A stretch of 46,778 bases of DNA, from positions 1 through 46,778 of the forward strand of contig JBLIMM010000002.1 in the NCBI GenBank assembly GCA_047638635.1, written 5' to 3'. Under the pieces are notes generated by a model that saw only the letters and a program-made list of their open reading frames with translations, did not search any database and had not been told where the DNA came from. Both the position numbers and the translations under genes were made by a program. Positions within the stretch are counted from its first letter, which is position 1; every line of letters begins with the position of its first letter. Of this stretch, positions 8,649-17,709 are shown piece by piece. Origin of the DNA: Pseudohongiellaceae bacterium. Its GTDB lineage: Bacteria; Planctomycetota; B15-G4.

Positions 8649-9896
8649 ATGGCACCGGGGGCGTCAGGTCAAATAGGGGCTGCTTCAGGAGGCGCTCCGT
8701 TCGGTGTTTCGGCGGTTCGGGCCCGTTTTCCTGCCCTGGCCGGCGACGAGCTGGTGCCTTTGGATAACGCCGCGACAACGCATCGCCCCCAAGCTGTGCT
8801 GGATGCTCTGCAGCGGTTCTACGTGGAGAGCAACGCCAACGTGCACCGGGCCAACCACCGCCTGGGCATGGCGGCGACGGCGGCCTACGAGGGATCCCGG
8901 CGACGGGTTGCCCGCTTCATCGAGGCTGAGCCGGACGAGGTCGTCTTCACCCGCAATGCCACGGATTCCATCAATCTCGTGGCTCGTGGCTTTGTAGAGC
9001 CGTTGGTCGGGCCAGGAAAATCGGTGGTGGTGAGCGCCTTGGAGCACCACAGCAACCTGGTCCCCTGGCAGCAGGTCTGCCGGCGGACAGGGGCCCGGCT
9101 GGCGGTGCTCGAATGCGACGAGCGAGGTCAGCTCCGGGAGCCCTTCGAGTTTCCCGCAGATGCTGCTTTTGTGGCGGCCACCAGGGTCAGCAACGCTTTG
9201 GGAACCATCGTTCCTACGGATCGCTTGGTGGCAGCGGCGGCCGAGCGGGGTCTGCCGGTGCTCCTGGACGTGACTCAGTCGGTGCAGCACTTGCCCTTGG
9301 ACGAGGGTTGTCGGCAAGCCGACTTCTTGGCCTTCTCGGGCCACAAGATGTACGGGCCCATGGGGCTGGGCGTGCTGGTGGGCCGCCGGGGAGTGCTTGA
9401 GCGTGTAGAGCCCGTGGTTTTCGGCGGGGAGATGGTCGCTTCGGTCGATCAAGACGGCGCCCAATGGCAGCGGGTTCCTTACCGTTTCGAAGCGGGGACG
9501 CCGGCTGTGGCTCCCGCGGCTGCGTTGGTGCCAGCCCTCGATTTGCTCGACGAGCTAGGCCTGGACGCTGTGCGAGCCCACGAGCGCCGGCTGCTCGACC
9601 GATTGCTGGTGGGGCTGGAAGAGGTCGGCGGTGTTCTGGTCTTGGGGCCGCAGGGCAGCCTGTCCCGGTCCGGGTCAGTCTCCATGGCCATTCCTGGGGG
9701 TGACGTGCACCTCGCGGCCACTGTCCTCGACATGGCTGGGGTGGCGGTGCGCGCAGGTTGGCACTGTGCTGAGCCTTTGTTGACACGGCTGGGAGCGGGC
9801 CCGACATTGCGAGCGAGCTTGGCGCTCTACAACACCGCCGAGGACATCGATCGACTGTTGGCCGTCCTCCCCGAGGCTGTGGCCGCCTGCCGCTGA
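8649..9896 (+). CDS. sufS: Cysteine desulfurase / selenocysteine lyase, SufS-type class V aminotransferase
   Basis: 415 aa. Motifs: LDNAATT, EHHSNLVPWQ, SGHKMYGPMGLGVL (PLP lysine) and RAGWHCAEPL (active-site Cys loop). No sufBCD/sufE genes are adjacent. Confidence 0.85.
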   Translation: MAPGASGQIGAASGGAPFGVSAVRARFPALAGDELVPLDNAATTHRPQAVLDALQRFYVESNANVHRANHRLGMAATAAYEGSRRRVARFIEAEPDEVVFTRNATDSINLVARGFVEPLVGPGKSVVVSALEHHSNLVPWQQVCRRTGARLAVLECDERGQLREPFEFPADAAFVAATRVSNALGTIVPTDRLVAAAAERGLPVLLDVTQSVQHLPLDEGCRQADFLAFSGHKMYGPMGLGVLVGRRGVLERVEPVVFGGEMVASVDQDGAQWQRVPYRFEAGTPAVAPAAALVPALDLLDELGLDAVRAHERRLLDRLLVGLEEVGGVLVLGPQGSLSRSGSVSMAIPGGDVHLAATVLDMAGVAVRAGWHCAEPLLTRLGAGPTLRASLALYNTAEDIDRLLAVLPEAVAACR

Positions 9897-10022
9897 GCTG
9901 TGGCGATTTGGGCAGCTATCCCAGGTGGCTTCGAACGGCTAATCTGGTGGGCTTCGCTGACGGCTCTTTATGGACCCTCAGCGGACCTCCAACTCTTCAG
10001 CAGCCGTGTTTTGAAGTCACCC

Positions 10023-11915
10023 ATGAAGTCACCGATGAAAACAGCCGTCTCCTTCGCTCTCTGCGCTGTCGTACTTGGCGGATGTACGGGCCCCCGGCTT
10101 GCACCGATCTCCGCAGCTCGCTTCGAAGAGCACGTGTCCTTTCTTGCCGACGACGAGCAAGGCGGCCGTGGCACCGGTAGCACAGGTCTCGCTGCTTCTG
10201 CGGAGTACGTGGCCGCCCAGTTCAAGCAGGCAGGCTTGTCACCGGCCGGTGACGGTGGCACCTGGATGCAGCACTTCGACGCACCGGGCGGCCGGGTCTT
10301 GGTGGCGGGCAACGCCCTTGAGCTAGACGGTCGCTCGCTCGTGGTCGGAGAAGACTGGACACCGTTTTCTTCGGTGACCTCCTGTGACGTACAGGGTCCG
10401 CTGGTGTTCGCGGGCTACGGCTTCTCGAACGACGACGGCTACGACGATTACGCGGGCCTCGACGTGAAGGGCAAGTTCGTCTTGGTGATGCGCGGTGCGC
10501 CGGGTGGCGAGGCCATGGAGTTCACCGCCAAGATCAACACGGCCTACAAAGCGGGCGCCGCAGGCATCCTCATCGTGAACGATCCGGCGGGGTACCCCGA
10601 GGGGAGCGCCGACGATGTGCCCCTGGCATACGCCCGACTCGATTCCGCAGGGTCCACTTCGTCGTTGCCTGCGGTGCATCTCACGGCCGACGCCTTGCTC
10701 AGTGTGCTGGCGGGTTCGAGCTTTGACCTCAGGACACGACAGACGTTGATTGAGTCGTTGGGAAAGCCTGCGAGCGTTGCCTTGGATGGTGTTGAACTTG
10801 CACTGACCATTGCCAGCGAACGGGAACAGTTGGTCACCATGAACGTGGTCGGCGTTCTGCCGGGCAGCGATCCCGCGGCTGCGGACGAGTGGGTGCTGGT
10901 TGGCGCTCACATGGATCATCTCGGTCTGGGTGATCGCAGTTCTATGGGCGGCCCCGAAGCAGCGGGTCAGATTCACAACGGTGCAGACGACAACGCGTCG
11001 GGTACTGCGGGCTTGATCGAGATCGCGCATGTGCTTGCTGGTCGAACAGAAGCCCTGCCGCGCACGGTGGTCTTCGCAGCGTTCGGTGCTGAAGAGATGG
11101 GACTGTTGGGTTCGGTTTGGTTGAACGAACATCCCCCTTGGCCGCAGGATGGCTTGGTGGCGATGGTCAACATGGACATGATCGGTCGCGCGGACAATGG
11201 TGACGTGGCTGTGGGCGGTTTGGGAACCGGCGACACGTTCAGTGAGTTGTTCGGCGACCTGGTCGGTGCGTTGGGCGAGTGGGCTGTGATTGTCGGGGAC
11301 GATGACGATGATGATGACGGCAGCGGTGAGCGACGGGGCTTGAAGTTGAACACGTCCCCCGGGTTGTCATCGAACAGCGATCACTACACTTTCGTAAAGA
11401 GCGAGGTTCCTTCGCTGAGCCTGTTTACTGGCTTGCACGACGACTACCACAAGCCCAGCGATGACGTTGAGCTGATCGATGCAGAGGGTGGCGCGTTGAT
11501 CGCAACTCTTGCCGCAGAGTTCATCTTGGCGCTGAGCGAACTCGACGAGCGCCCTGTGTTTATCGACGTCGACGCAGGCCGGCCAGCGAGCGTGGCCACG
11601 GTGAAGCCTCCCGAAGGAAGCACGGTTGTTCGAGGTGGGGTGCGCTTTGGCTCGCGGCCGGATTACACCTACGCCAATGACGATGGCGTGCGTATTGAAG
11701 GTGTCAGTGCAGAATCGCCAGCAGAGAAATGCGGCTTGATGCACGGGGACGTCATCTTGGCTATGGATGGCACGACGATTCGAAACATTCAAGACTACGT
11801 GGTGCTGCTTTACTCACACCGCCCGGGCGACACCATGGTGCTGACGGTGCGTCGTGGTGACGGGGTGGTCGAACTGTTGGCAGTGCTGGAGGCTGGTGGG
11901 GGCTCACGGCGCTAA
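10023..11915 (+). CDS. M28-family metallopeptidase lipoprotein with PA domain and C-terminal PDZ domain
   Basis: Track ORF 9900..11915. ATG 10023 (or 10035) gives MKSPMKTAVSFALCAVVLGG|C, a lipoprotein signal. M28 zinc ligand blocks: HMDHLG, GADDNASGTAGLIEIA, FGAEEMGLLGS, NMDMIG and SDHYTF. PDZ region: GVRIEGVSAESPAEKCGLMHGDVILAMDG. There is a poly-Asp run, GDDDDDDDGSG. Confidence 0.85.
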   Translation: MKSPMKTAVSFALCAVVLGGCTGPRLAPISAARFEEHVSFLADDEQGGRGTGSTGLAASAEYVAAQFKQAGLSPAGDGGTWMQHFDAPGGRVLVAGNALELDGRSLVVGEDWTPFSSVTSCDVQGPLVFAGYGFSNDDGYDDYAGLDVKGKFVLVMRGAPGGEAMEFTAKINTAYKAGAAGILIVNDPAGYPEGSADDVPLAYARLDSAGSTSSLPAVHLTADALLSVLAGSSFDLRTRQTLIESLGKPASVALDGVELALTIASEREQLVTMNVVGVLPGSDPAAADEWVLVGAHMDHLGLGDRSSMGGPEAAGQIHNGADDNASGTAGLIEIAHVLAGRTEALPRTVVFAAFGAEEMGLLGSVWLNEHPPWPQDGLVAMVNMDMIGRADNGDVAVGGLGTGDTFSELFGDLVGALGEWAVIVGDDDDDDDGSGERRGLKLNTSPGLSSNSDHYTFVKSEVPSLSLFTGLHDDYHKPSDDVELIDAEGGALIATLAAEFILALSELDERPVFIDVDAGRPASVATVKPPEGSTVVRGGVRFGSRPDYTYANDDGVRIEGVSAESPAEKCGLMHGDVILAMDGTTIRNIQDYVVLLYSHRPGDTMVLTVRRGDGVVELLAVLEAGGGSRR

Positions 11916-11968
11916 CGGCACGTTGAGCTCGTACTTGGTCACAGAGATAACTCAGAAGGTAGCGAACA

Positions 11969-13204
11969 ATGGTCTTACGGCGCGAAACGATTCAGGTACC
12001 CGTGGGCAACCTGATTATTGGCAGTGAGCATCCCGTGCGGGTGCAGTCGATGACGAACACCGACAGCCAAGACGTAGAAGCCACAGTGGCGCAGATTCAC
12101 GCCTTGCAAGAAGCTGGCTGCGAGCTGATTCGGGTGACCATTCCCGACGAGCAGAGCGCGGCGAATATCCCGGCGTTCTTGCGGGCCATGGACGTGCCCT
12201 TCATTGCGGACATCCACTTCAATCATCGCATGGCCTTGGCTGCCATTGCGGCCGGGGCTCACAAGGTACGCATCAACCCGGGGAACATCGGCAAGGAGTC
12301 GAAGCTGCGCGAGGTGTTGGTGGCCGCGAAGGCCAAAGGGACCACGTTGCGCATCGGCGTCAACAGTGGCTCCCTCGAGAAGGACTTACTCGACAAGCAC
12401 GGCTGGCCTTCTCCCGCGGCATTGGTGGAGTCGGCGTTGCGTCATGTGGCGTTTGCCCGAGGCGCAGGCGTCGAGCGATTGATCGTCTCGATCAAGTCGA
12501 CGGATGTTCCCACTGCCTTGGCGGCGAACAGTCTGTTTGCGGCGTCGTCAGACGTGCCGCTTCACGTGGGCATCACCGAAGCGGGCGACGTTCGCTACGG
12601 CGCGGTGAAGTCTGCTGCTGGGATCGGCGCGATCTTGCTGGCCGGCATCGGCGACACGATCCGAGTCTCGCTCACGGGTGATCCCGTTGAGGAGTTGCCC
12701 GTGGCTTACGACATCTTGAAGAGCACCGGCGTGCGAGTGCTCTCCCCAGAGATCATCGCTTGCCCAACCTGCGGCCGGATCGACATCGATCTTGAGGCCA
12801 TCGTTGCTGAGATCAAGACAAGGCTCGTGCGTTGCACCTTGCCCGTGCGCATCTCGGTGTTGGGCTGTGCAGTGAATGGTCCCGGCGAGGCCAGGGAGGC
12901 TGACATCGGCATCGCTGGCGGCGCGGGCGAGGGCTTGCTGTTTCGCAACGGGAAGACCGTGCGTAAAGTGCCCGAGGCTGACATTGTCGACGCCCTGGTC
13001 GAGGAGATTGCGGTGATCGAAGCTGAACGAGCCGCCGCTGCAGCCGGCGAGGCCGCCGTGGGCGTGGGCGAGTTCTTATCTATGGATGGAGAGTCGCCTG
13101 AAGTGGTGCTACCCGATGAGCCCTTTGTTGACCTGAACGCGACTTTGTTGCCGTTTACCCCGCCGTCACCTGCGGGCCCACCCCATAAGGATTCGCCGTC
13201 GTGA
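11969..13204 (+). CDS. ispG: 4-hydroxy-3-methylbut-2-en-1-yl diphosphate synthase (MEP pathway)
   Basis: 411 aa. Motifs: [33 protein letters not shown] and [22 protein letters not shown]. It has a ~45-aa Ala/Pro-rich C-terminal tail. Confidence 0.95.
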   Translation: MVLRRETIQVPVGNLIIGSEHPVRVQSMTNTDSQDVEATVAQIHALQEAGCELIRVTIPDEQSAANIPAFLRAMDVPFIADIHFNHRMALAAIAAGAHKVRINPGNIGKESKLREVLVAAKAKGTTLRIGVNSGSLEKDLLDKHGWPSPAALVESALRHVAFARGAGVERLIVSIKSTDVPTALAANSLFAASSDVPLHVGITEAGDVRYGAVKSAAGIGAILLAGIGDTIRVSLTGDPVEELPVAYDILKSTGVRVLSPEIIACPTCGRIDIDLEAIVAEIKTRLVRCTLPVRISVLGCAVNGPGEAREADIGIAGGAGEGLLFRNGKTVRKVPEADIVDALVEEIAVIEAERAAAAAGEAAVGVGEFLSMDGESPEVVLPDEPFVDLNATLLPFTPPSPAGPPHKDSPS

Positions 13205-13773
13205 GCGACAAGCCAGCTTTTGATCTCCCTCGGATTAGCGCAGCCATCCGCGAGGTGCTTCTCGCAGTGGGAGAAGACCCTGATCGGGACGGGCTCGAAA
13301 GGACCCCCGAGCGGGTGGCTCGGATGTATGCAGAGGTTCTCTCTGGCCAAGCAAAAGACCCTGCGCGTCACCTCGCGGTGACCTTCGCAGAGGATCACCA
13401 CGAGATGGTGCTGGTGAAGAACATCCCCTTTGATTCGCTGTGCGAGCATCACATGCTGCCGTTCACGGGGGTGGCTCATGTGGCCTACGTGCCAGCAGGG
13501 CGCATTGTCGGCCTGAGCAAGATCGCTCGGCTGGTCGACGAACTGGCTCACCGACTACAGGTGCAGGAGCGGCTGTCGTCCCAAATTGCCGATCTGATGA
13601 TGGAGCGCCTAGAGCCCCAAGGTGTTGGCGTGGTGCTCGAGGCCACCCACACCTGTATGACCATGAGAGGGGTGCGCAAGCCGGGCTCGGCCATGATCAC
13701 TTCTGCGGTCCGTGGGACCTTCAAGAGCCGCAGGGAGACCCGGGCTGAGTTCATGTCGTTTATCGACTGCTGA
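13201..13773 (+). CDS. folE: GTP cyclohydrolase I
   Basis: 190 aa. Motifs: [29 protein letters not shown] and HTCMTMRGV. The GTG start overlaps the ispG stop (GTGA at 13201-13204). Confidence 0.95.
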   Translation: MSDKPAFDLPRISAAIREVLLAVGEDPDRDGLERTPERVARMYAEVLSGQAKDPARHLAVTFAEDHHEMVLVKNIPFDSLCEHHMLPFTGVAHVAYVPAGRIVGLSKIARLVDELAHRLQVQERLSSQIADLMMERLEPQGVGVVLEATHTCMTMRGVRKPGSAMITSAVRGTFKSRRETRAEFMSFIDC

Positions 13774-13936
13774 GCCCGAAGGGCGCTTGTTCGAGGCGTT
13801 AAGAAGATGCCCGTGGTGCCGCGTCTCCTGCTAATTCCCTGCAGCGCCGTCTCGGCGATTCGGTCGATATTCCTTTATTGAACCAACATAGGACCCTTAT
13901 CGTCCTTTTTGTGGTTGGCGGGATTGTGACAAAAGC

Positions 13937-13965
13937 TAGGCATCCTCCAGAATCCGCCCTATAGT
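13937..13965 (+). promoter_or_regulatory. Candidate sigma-70-like promoter (TAGGCA-N17-TATAGT) for the secreted-protein/matrixin operon
   Basis: Hexamers read directly at 13937-13942 and 13960-13965 with a 17-nt spacer, in the lower-GC 340-nt gap after folE. This is only a pattern match. The promoter consensus of this organism is unknown. Confidence 0.25.
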
Positions 13966-14113
13966 TCTGCGGAATCCTCCCACGATCTTCGCGGTAACGG
14001 ATGTCCGTCCTTACTGGACGGCAACCCGAAGTCTCCCGCCCGATGCCTGCGGATCGCGGTCTCTTCCCTCTCTGTTCTCTCTCTCCCCCCCGTCTGACTT
14101 GTGGAGTCCACCC

Positions 14114-14674
14114 ATGCGCATCTCCCGGTGCGTCGCTACCCTTGTGGTAGCGGCTGTTGCGGCCCTTCCTATTGGTGCCGCTATCAAGGCAATGAACCTC
14201 GAAGAGGTCATGTCGATCACTGACGACGCCTTCGTCGGCAAGATCATCGCCAAAGACACTGTCGTCATTGACCATCCTTGGGAGGGCGCGGTTTACACCA
14301 AGCTGACCATTCAGGGTGAGTCTCTGCGTAACGGTCTGTCGCAGGTCAAAGAGGTCGTCTTCCACGGCAGCCATGATCCCAGCGATGACTACCTCACCAG
14401 CGAAATGCCTGAGCTGAAGGACACTCGTGTCGGGGGCCAAGTCATGGTGCTGTCCCAGACCAGCAAGGAGCATGGGGGCCAGAACGTGGTCTACAGCCTC
14501 GCTGGTGCTTACCGCATTGAGAGCGGTTTTGGTGAGCCCGTCGTGATTGGCAAGGGCGATGGATTCGCCTTCCCCAAGAACGCCAAGCTCTCAGCTGTGC
14601 GCGAAGATGTGCGGACGACCCACGAGGCTCTGGCCAAGAAGGCTCTGAAAAGCCTTCCAGGCCAGGACAAGTAA
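14114..14674 (+). CDS. Secreted hypothetical protein (signal peptide; no family recognised)
   Basis: Track ORF 14099..14674. I prefer ATG 14114, which has GGAG 7 nt upstream. The N-terminus MRISRCVATLVVAAVAALPIGAAIKA is a signal peptide. The stop lies 12 nt before the matrixin gene, so the two are probably co-transcribed. Confidence 0.6.
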   Translation: MRISRCVATLVVAAVAALPIGAAIKAMNLEEVMSITDDAFVGKIIAKDTVVIDHPWEGAVYTKLTIQGESLRNGLSQVKEVVFHGSHDPSDDYLTSEMPELKDTRVGGQVMVLSQTSKEHGGQNVVYSLAGAYRIESGFGEPVVIGKGDGFAFPKNAKLSAVREDVRTTHEALAKKALKSLPGQDK

Positions 14675-14686
14675 GGAACTCGAAAG

Positions 14687-16567
14687 ATGAAAATCATCAA
14701 GACGATTTTGGGTGTATCGGGCCTTGCCTTGAGCATTGGCCTGATTGGCACCTTCTCCACGCCGGCCGACACGGGCGCCTTCGCTCTGCTGGGTCACAGC
14801 CTGGGGGCCGGCCAACGTGACTTCCGTGTGTTCAATAACTTCACGGACTCCTCGGCGAACAACAACGCCAGTGAACAGGGAAACTTCCCCGGGGCAACGG
14901 GAGCAGTGCTGGCGATTTGGAAGGGTCACGCGGAGTGGAGCAGCGTTGACTATGCAGGCGATGGCGGCGGTGACCCGACGCAGAGCAAGCTGGGTAACCG
15001 CGAAGCAAACTTCGACAACACCTTCCAAGGTGAAGCTCAAGTCGTTGGCAGCATCGGCCAGAACATCCACTCCGAGCTCGCTGGCAGCTCGGGCGGTACC
15101 TTGGCCTTCATGCAGGGGGGCAGCAACGGTTGGTGGGTGCGCTACCTCTCCTCTTGGACTTGGCAGGATGGCCCTAGCAATGTGGGCAGCGGTGTCGACC
15201 TCCAGGGGGTGGCCTGCCACGAGATTGGGCACACGCTGGGGTTGAACCACAGCAACGTGTCTGGGGCGACGATGTTGCCCTCGATTTCTGGCACCGGTGT
15301 GAACGCACGCTCGACGAACTCGGATGACAAGGCCGGCCTCCAGGCCATTTACGGCGTGATGTCTGCGACGAAGCCGCTGATCACCGCGCTGAGTGGCAGT
15401 TCGGCTATTGGCGGCGCGCTGACGATTACGGGCGCGAACTTCTCGACATCGGCGAACAACGACATTTGGTTCACCATGGCGAGCAGTGCTGGCGTAGCTC
15501 AGAAGGTCCAAAACCTCACTGCAACTGCAGGTGGAACGCAGATCGTCGTCACGGTGCCACCTGGTATCACTGATGGTGAGGTGCTTGTCCGGAACAAGGA
15601 CGGCACCGGCGGTGCTTTCCTGTCGAACGCCTGGCCCATCGACTTGGGCGCTCCCGTGGGTGACCTTCCGTTCATCTCCTCGATCAACGATAGCTTTGGT
15701 CCTGCTGGCGGATTCAGCATCGAAGTGATCTCCGGTTCCGGCTTCGCTGGCACCACGAGCGTCACCTTCGGTGGTGTTGAGGCCGTGGGCTTTACCGTGG
15801 ACTCGGGATCTCAAATCACCGTTACCACCCCTGCTGGGCCGGTTTTCACCCAGGTGGACATTGTTGTGACGGATGACGAGGGTTCCTCCAGCCTGGTCAA
15901 CGGCTACCTGTACTCTGTCAACCCCACGCCGAACATCAGTGGCGTGGCCCCGAACACTGGCGATGTGGCCGGTGGCACGACGGTCACGATTACTGGCAGC
16001 TCGGTGGTGGGCGTGGGTTCAGTGACCTTCGGCGGAAACGCTGGAGTGAACCTGTCGGTGAACACGGCCACGTCGCTCACGGTGGATGCCCCTGCGGGCA
16101 GCGCTGGTGCGGTGGACGTGGTGGCCTTCGGATCGGGTTCTGACACCCTCTCTGGCGCCTTCACCTACACCGGTGGCGGCCCAGGTGGTGCGTTCGTGGA
16201 CATTGGCCCCGGCGTTGCTGGCATCTTTGGGGCTCTGTCCTACACGGGCGTCGGCGACCTGACTCCGGGCAGCCTCACTGGCTACTCGACTACGGTGAGC
16301 AATGGCATTCCAGGTAACACGGCCTTCTTGTTCTTGTCGCTGACCCAGGCGGCAGCTCCCTTCAAGGGAGGCACCCTGTACGCGCTTCCTATTGATGCTC
16401 AGATCTCCTTGCCCTTGGATGGCACCGGCAGCCTGACTCTGCCGCACATCATTCCGGCGGGTGCGGGCTTTGATGGGATCGACTTGATCGGTCAGTGGTG
16501 GTGCCCTGATGCAGCGGCACCTGTGGGGGCTTCCGGCTCCAACGGGCTCCGTTTAGAGATCCCCTGA
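14687..16567 (+). CDS. Secreted matrixin-type (M10-like) zinc metalloprotease with three IPT/TIG domains and an unknown ~130-aa C-terminal domain
   Basis: 626 aa. Signal peptide: MKIIKTILGVSGLALSIGLIG. Zinc site: VACHEIGHTLGLNHS followed by ATML (Met-turn) and DDKAGLQAIYG. There are three ~85-aa repeats of the IPT/TIG type (ITALSGSSAIGGALTITGANFS; ISSINDSFGPAGGFSIEVISGSGF; ISGVAPNTGDVAGGTTVTITGSS). An AAGGAA Shine-Dalgarno sequence precedes the ATG. Confidence 0.85.
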   Translation: MKIIKTILGVSGLALSIGLIGTFSTPADTGAFALLGHSLGAGQRDFRVFNNFTDSSANNNASEQGNFPGATGAVLAIWKGHAEWSSVDYAGDGGGDPTQSKLGNREANFDNTFQGEAQVVGSIGQNIHSELAGSSGGTLAFMQGGSNGWWVRYLSSWTWQDGPSNVGSGVDLQGVACHEIGHTLGLNHSNVSGATMLPSISGTGVNARSTNSDDKAGLQAIYGVMSATKPLITALSGSSAIGGALTITGANFSTSANNDIWFTMASSAGVAQKVQNLTATAGGTQIVVTVPPGITDGEVLVRNKDGTGGAFLSNAWPIDLGAPVGDLPFISSINDSFGPAGGFSIEVISGSGFAGTTSVTFGGVEAVGFTVDSGSQITVTTPAGPVFTQVDIVVTDDEGSSSLVNGYLYSVNPTPNISGVAPNTGDVAGGTTVTITGSSVVGVGSVTFGGNAGVNLSVNTATSLTVDAPAGSAGAVDVVAFGSGSDTLSGAFTYTGGGPGGAFVDIGPGVAGIFGALSYTGVGDLTPGSLTGYSTTVSNGIPGNTAFLFLSLTQAAAPFKGGTLYALPIDAQISLPLDGTGSLTLPHIIPAGAGFDGIDLIGQWWCPDAAAPVGASGSNGLRLEIP

Positions 16568-16610
16568 TCCCTCAGGTGATCTGAAAACCCGGGGCTGATG
16601 ACGGCCTCAA

Positions 16611-16657
16611 CAGGGGGCCGGTGCGAGGTGATCTCGCGCCGGCCCCCTGTGCAATTT
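16611..16657 (+). terminator. Rho-independent terminator candidate after the matrixin gene
   Basis: CAGGGGGCCGGTGCGAG-GTGAT-CTCGCGCCGGCCCCCTG forms a 17-bp stem (one T:G wobble) with a 5-nt loop at 16611-16649. It is followed by TGCAATTTG, a weak U-tract, and lies 44 nt after the stop codon. Confidence 0.6.
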
Positions 16658-16700
16658 GCGAAGCCCTGAGATTCCCCCTAGATGGTGGCCTTGCGGGATC

Positions 16701-16728
16701 TTGTGCCCCGTCCGCAAATGCATATAGT
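16701..16728 (+). promoter_or_regulatory. Candidate sigma-70-like promoter (TTGTGC-N16-TATAGT) for the nuo operon
   Basis: Hexamers at 16701-16706 and 16723-16728, about 35 nt upstream of the nuoA GTG. This is a pattern match only. Confidence 0.3.
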
Positions 16729-16761
16729 TTGGGCCTCTCTCGCCAAACGACGGAGAAACCA

Positions 16762-17157
16762 GTGTTTCTCGACTTCCACGCCGTGACAGTCTTCCTGATC
16801 ACAGGCGTCGCCATGGTTTGCTCGCCCATGATTTTGGGCGTGCTTTTCCGACCGAAGAACAGCTACCCCGAAAAGGACATGCCGTACGAGTGCGGCGAAG
16901 ATCCTGTCGGTGATGCTCAAGTGCGTTTTGACATGCGCTTCTACACCATCGCGCTAATCTTCATCATCTTTGAGGTGGAGATCGCGCTGATGTTCCCTTG
17001 GGCCCGGGTCTTTAAGGGTGCTGAAAATCAGCACCTGGCCTTGGGTGCGGGGCTGCTCTTCACTTTCATCGTCTTCTTGGGCCTCGTTGTTGACTGGGCC
17101 AAGGGCGATCTCAACTGGGTCAAGACGTTCCGCAACAAGCGGCGCGTTCAGGAGTAG
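16762..17157 (+). CDS. nuoA: NADH-quinone oxidoreductase subunit A
   Basis: Track ORF 16621..17157. I start it at the in-frame GTG 16762, which has GGAG at 16752-16755. It reads [59 protein letters not shown]. The upstream 47 codons overlap the terminator hairpin and are not NuoA-like. Confidence 0.9.
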   Translation: MFLDFHAVTVFLITGVAMVCSPMILGVLFRPKNSYPEKDMPYECGEDPVGDAQVRFDMRFYTIALIFIIFEVEIALMFPWARVFKGAENQHLALGAGLLFTFIVFLGLVVDWAKGDLNWVKTFRNKRRVQE

Positions 17158-17162
17158 AAGCC

Positions 17163-17693
17163 TTGGGTATTCTGAACAACGCTTTCCCGTCGAACACGGT
17201 GACCGACGCGGTTGATGGGGCCATTGGCTGGGGACGCAAGTCGTCCATCTGGCCCATGACCTTCGGCATCGCCTGCTGCGCCATCGAAATGATGGCTGTT
17301 TACGCCGCAACCTTCGACCTTGACCGCTTTGGTGCTGGTGTGCCCCGGGCCACGCCCCGGCAGAGCGACCTGATCATTGTGCCGGGGACGGTCAACGCCA
17401 AGATGGCCGTGAGGGTAAAGCGCCTCTACGACCAGATGGCTGAGCCGCGGTACGTGATCGCGATGGGTGCCTGCGTTTGCGGTGGCGGCCCTTACGTGAA
17501 GTGGGGCTACAACACCGTTAAGGGTGTGCACAAAATCATCCCCGTCGACATTTTTGTGCCCGGCTGCCCGCCGCGGCCAGAGGCGCTCATGGATGGCATT
17601 CTCAAGTTGCGCGAGAAGGTCGCCAAGGGCGATGTGTTCCGCCGTCGCCAAGAAGCGACCAGCGAAATGACCGCGAACTACAACGCGGTCTGA
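17163..17693 (+). CDS. nuoB: NADH-quinone oxidoreductase subunit B
   Basis: 176 aa, TTG start with GGAG 8 nt upstream. Motifs: [21 protein letters not shown] and [11 protein letters not shown] (N2 cluster cysteines). Confidence 0.95.
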   Translation: MGILNNAFPSNTVTDAVDGAIGWGRKSSIWPMTFGIACCAIEMMAVYAATFDLDRFGAGVPRATPRQSDLIIVPGTVNAKMAVRVKRLYDQMAEPRYVIAMGACVCGGGPYVKWGYNTVKGVHKIIPVDIFVPGCPPRPEALMDGILKLREKVAKGDVFRRRQEATSEMTANYNAV

Positions 17694-17709
17694 GAGCTAG
17701 CTCACGATC

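Noticed and set aside
13774-13800. Terminator after folE (GCCC-gaa-GGGC followed by GCTTGTT), and a similar CCCGG/CTGGG hairpin after plsC at about 44511-44532
   Set aside because: The stems are only 4-5 bp and the U-tracts are weak. This is not enough evidence to list them as features.
14591-15814. 407-aa minus-strand ORF
   Set aside because: It is antisense to the matrixin/TIG gene, whose zinc site and repeated TIG domains fix the true frame.
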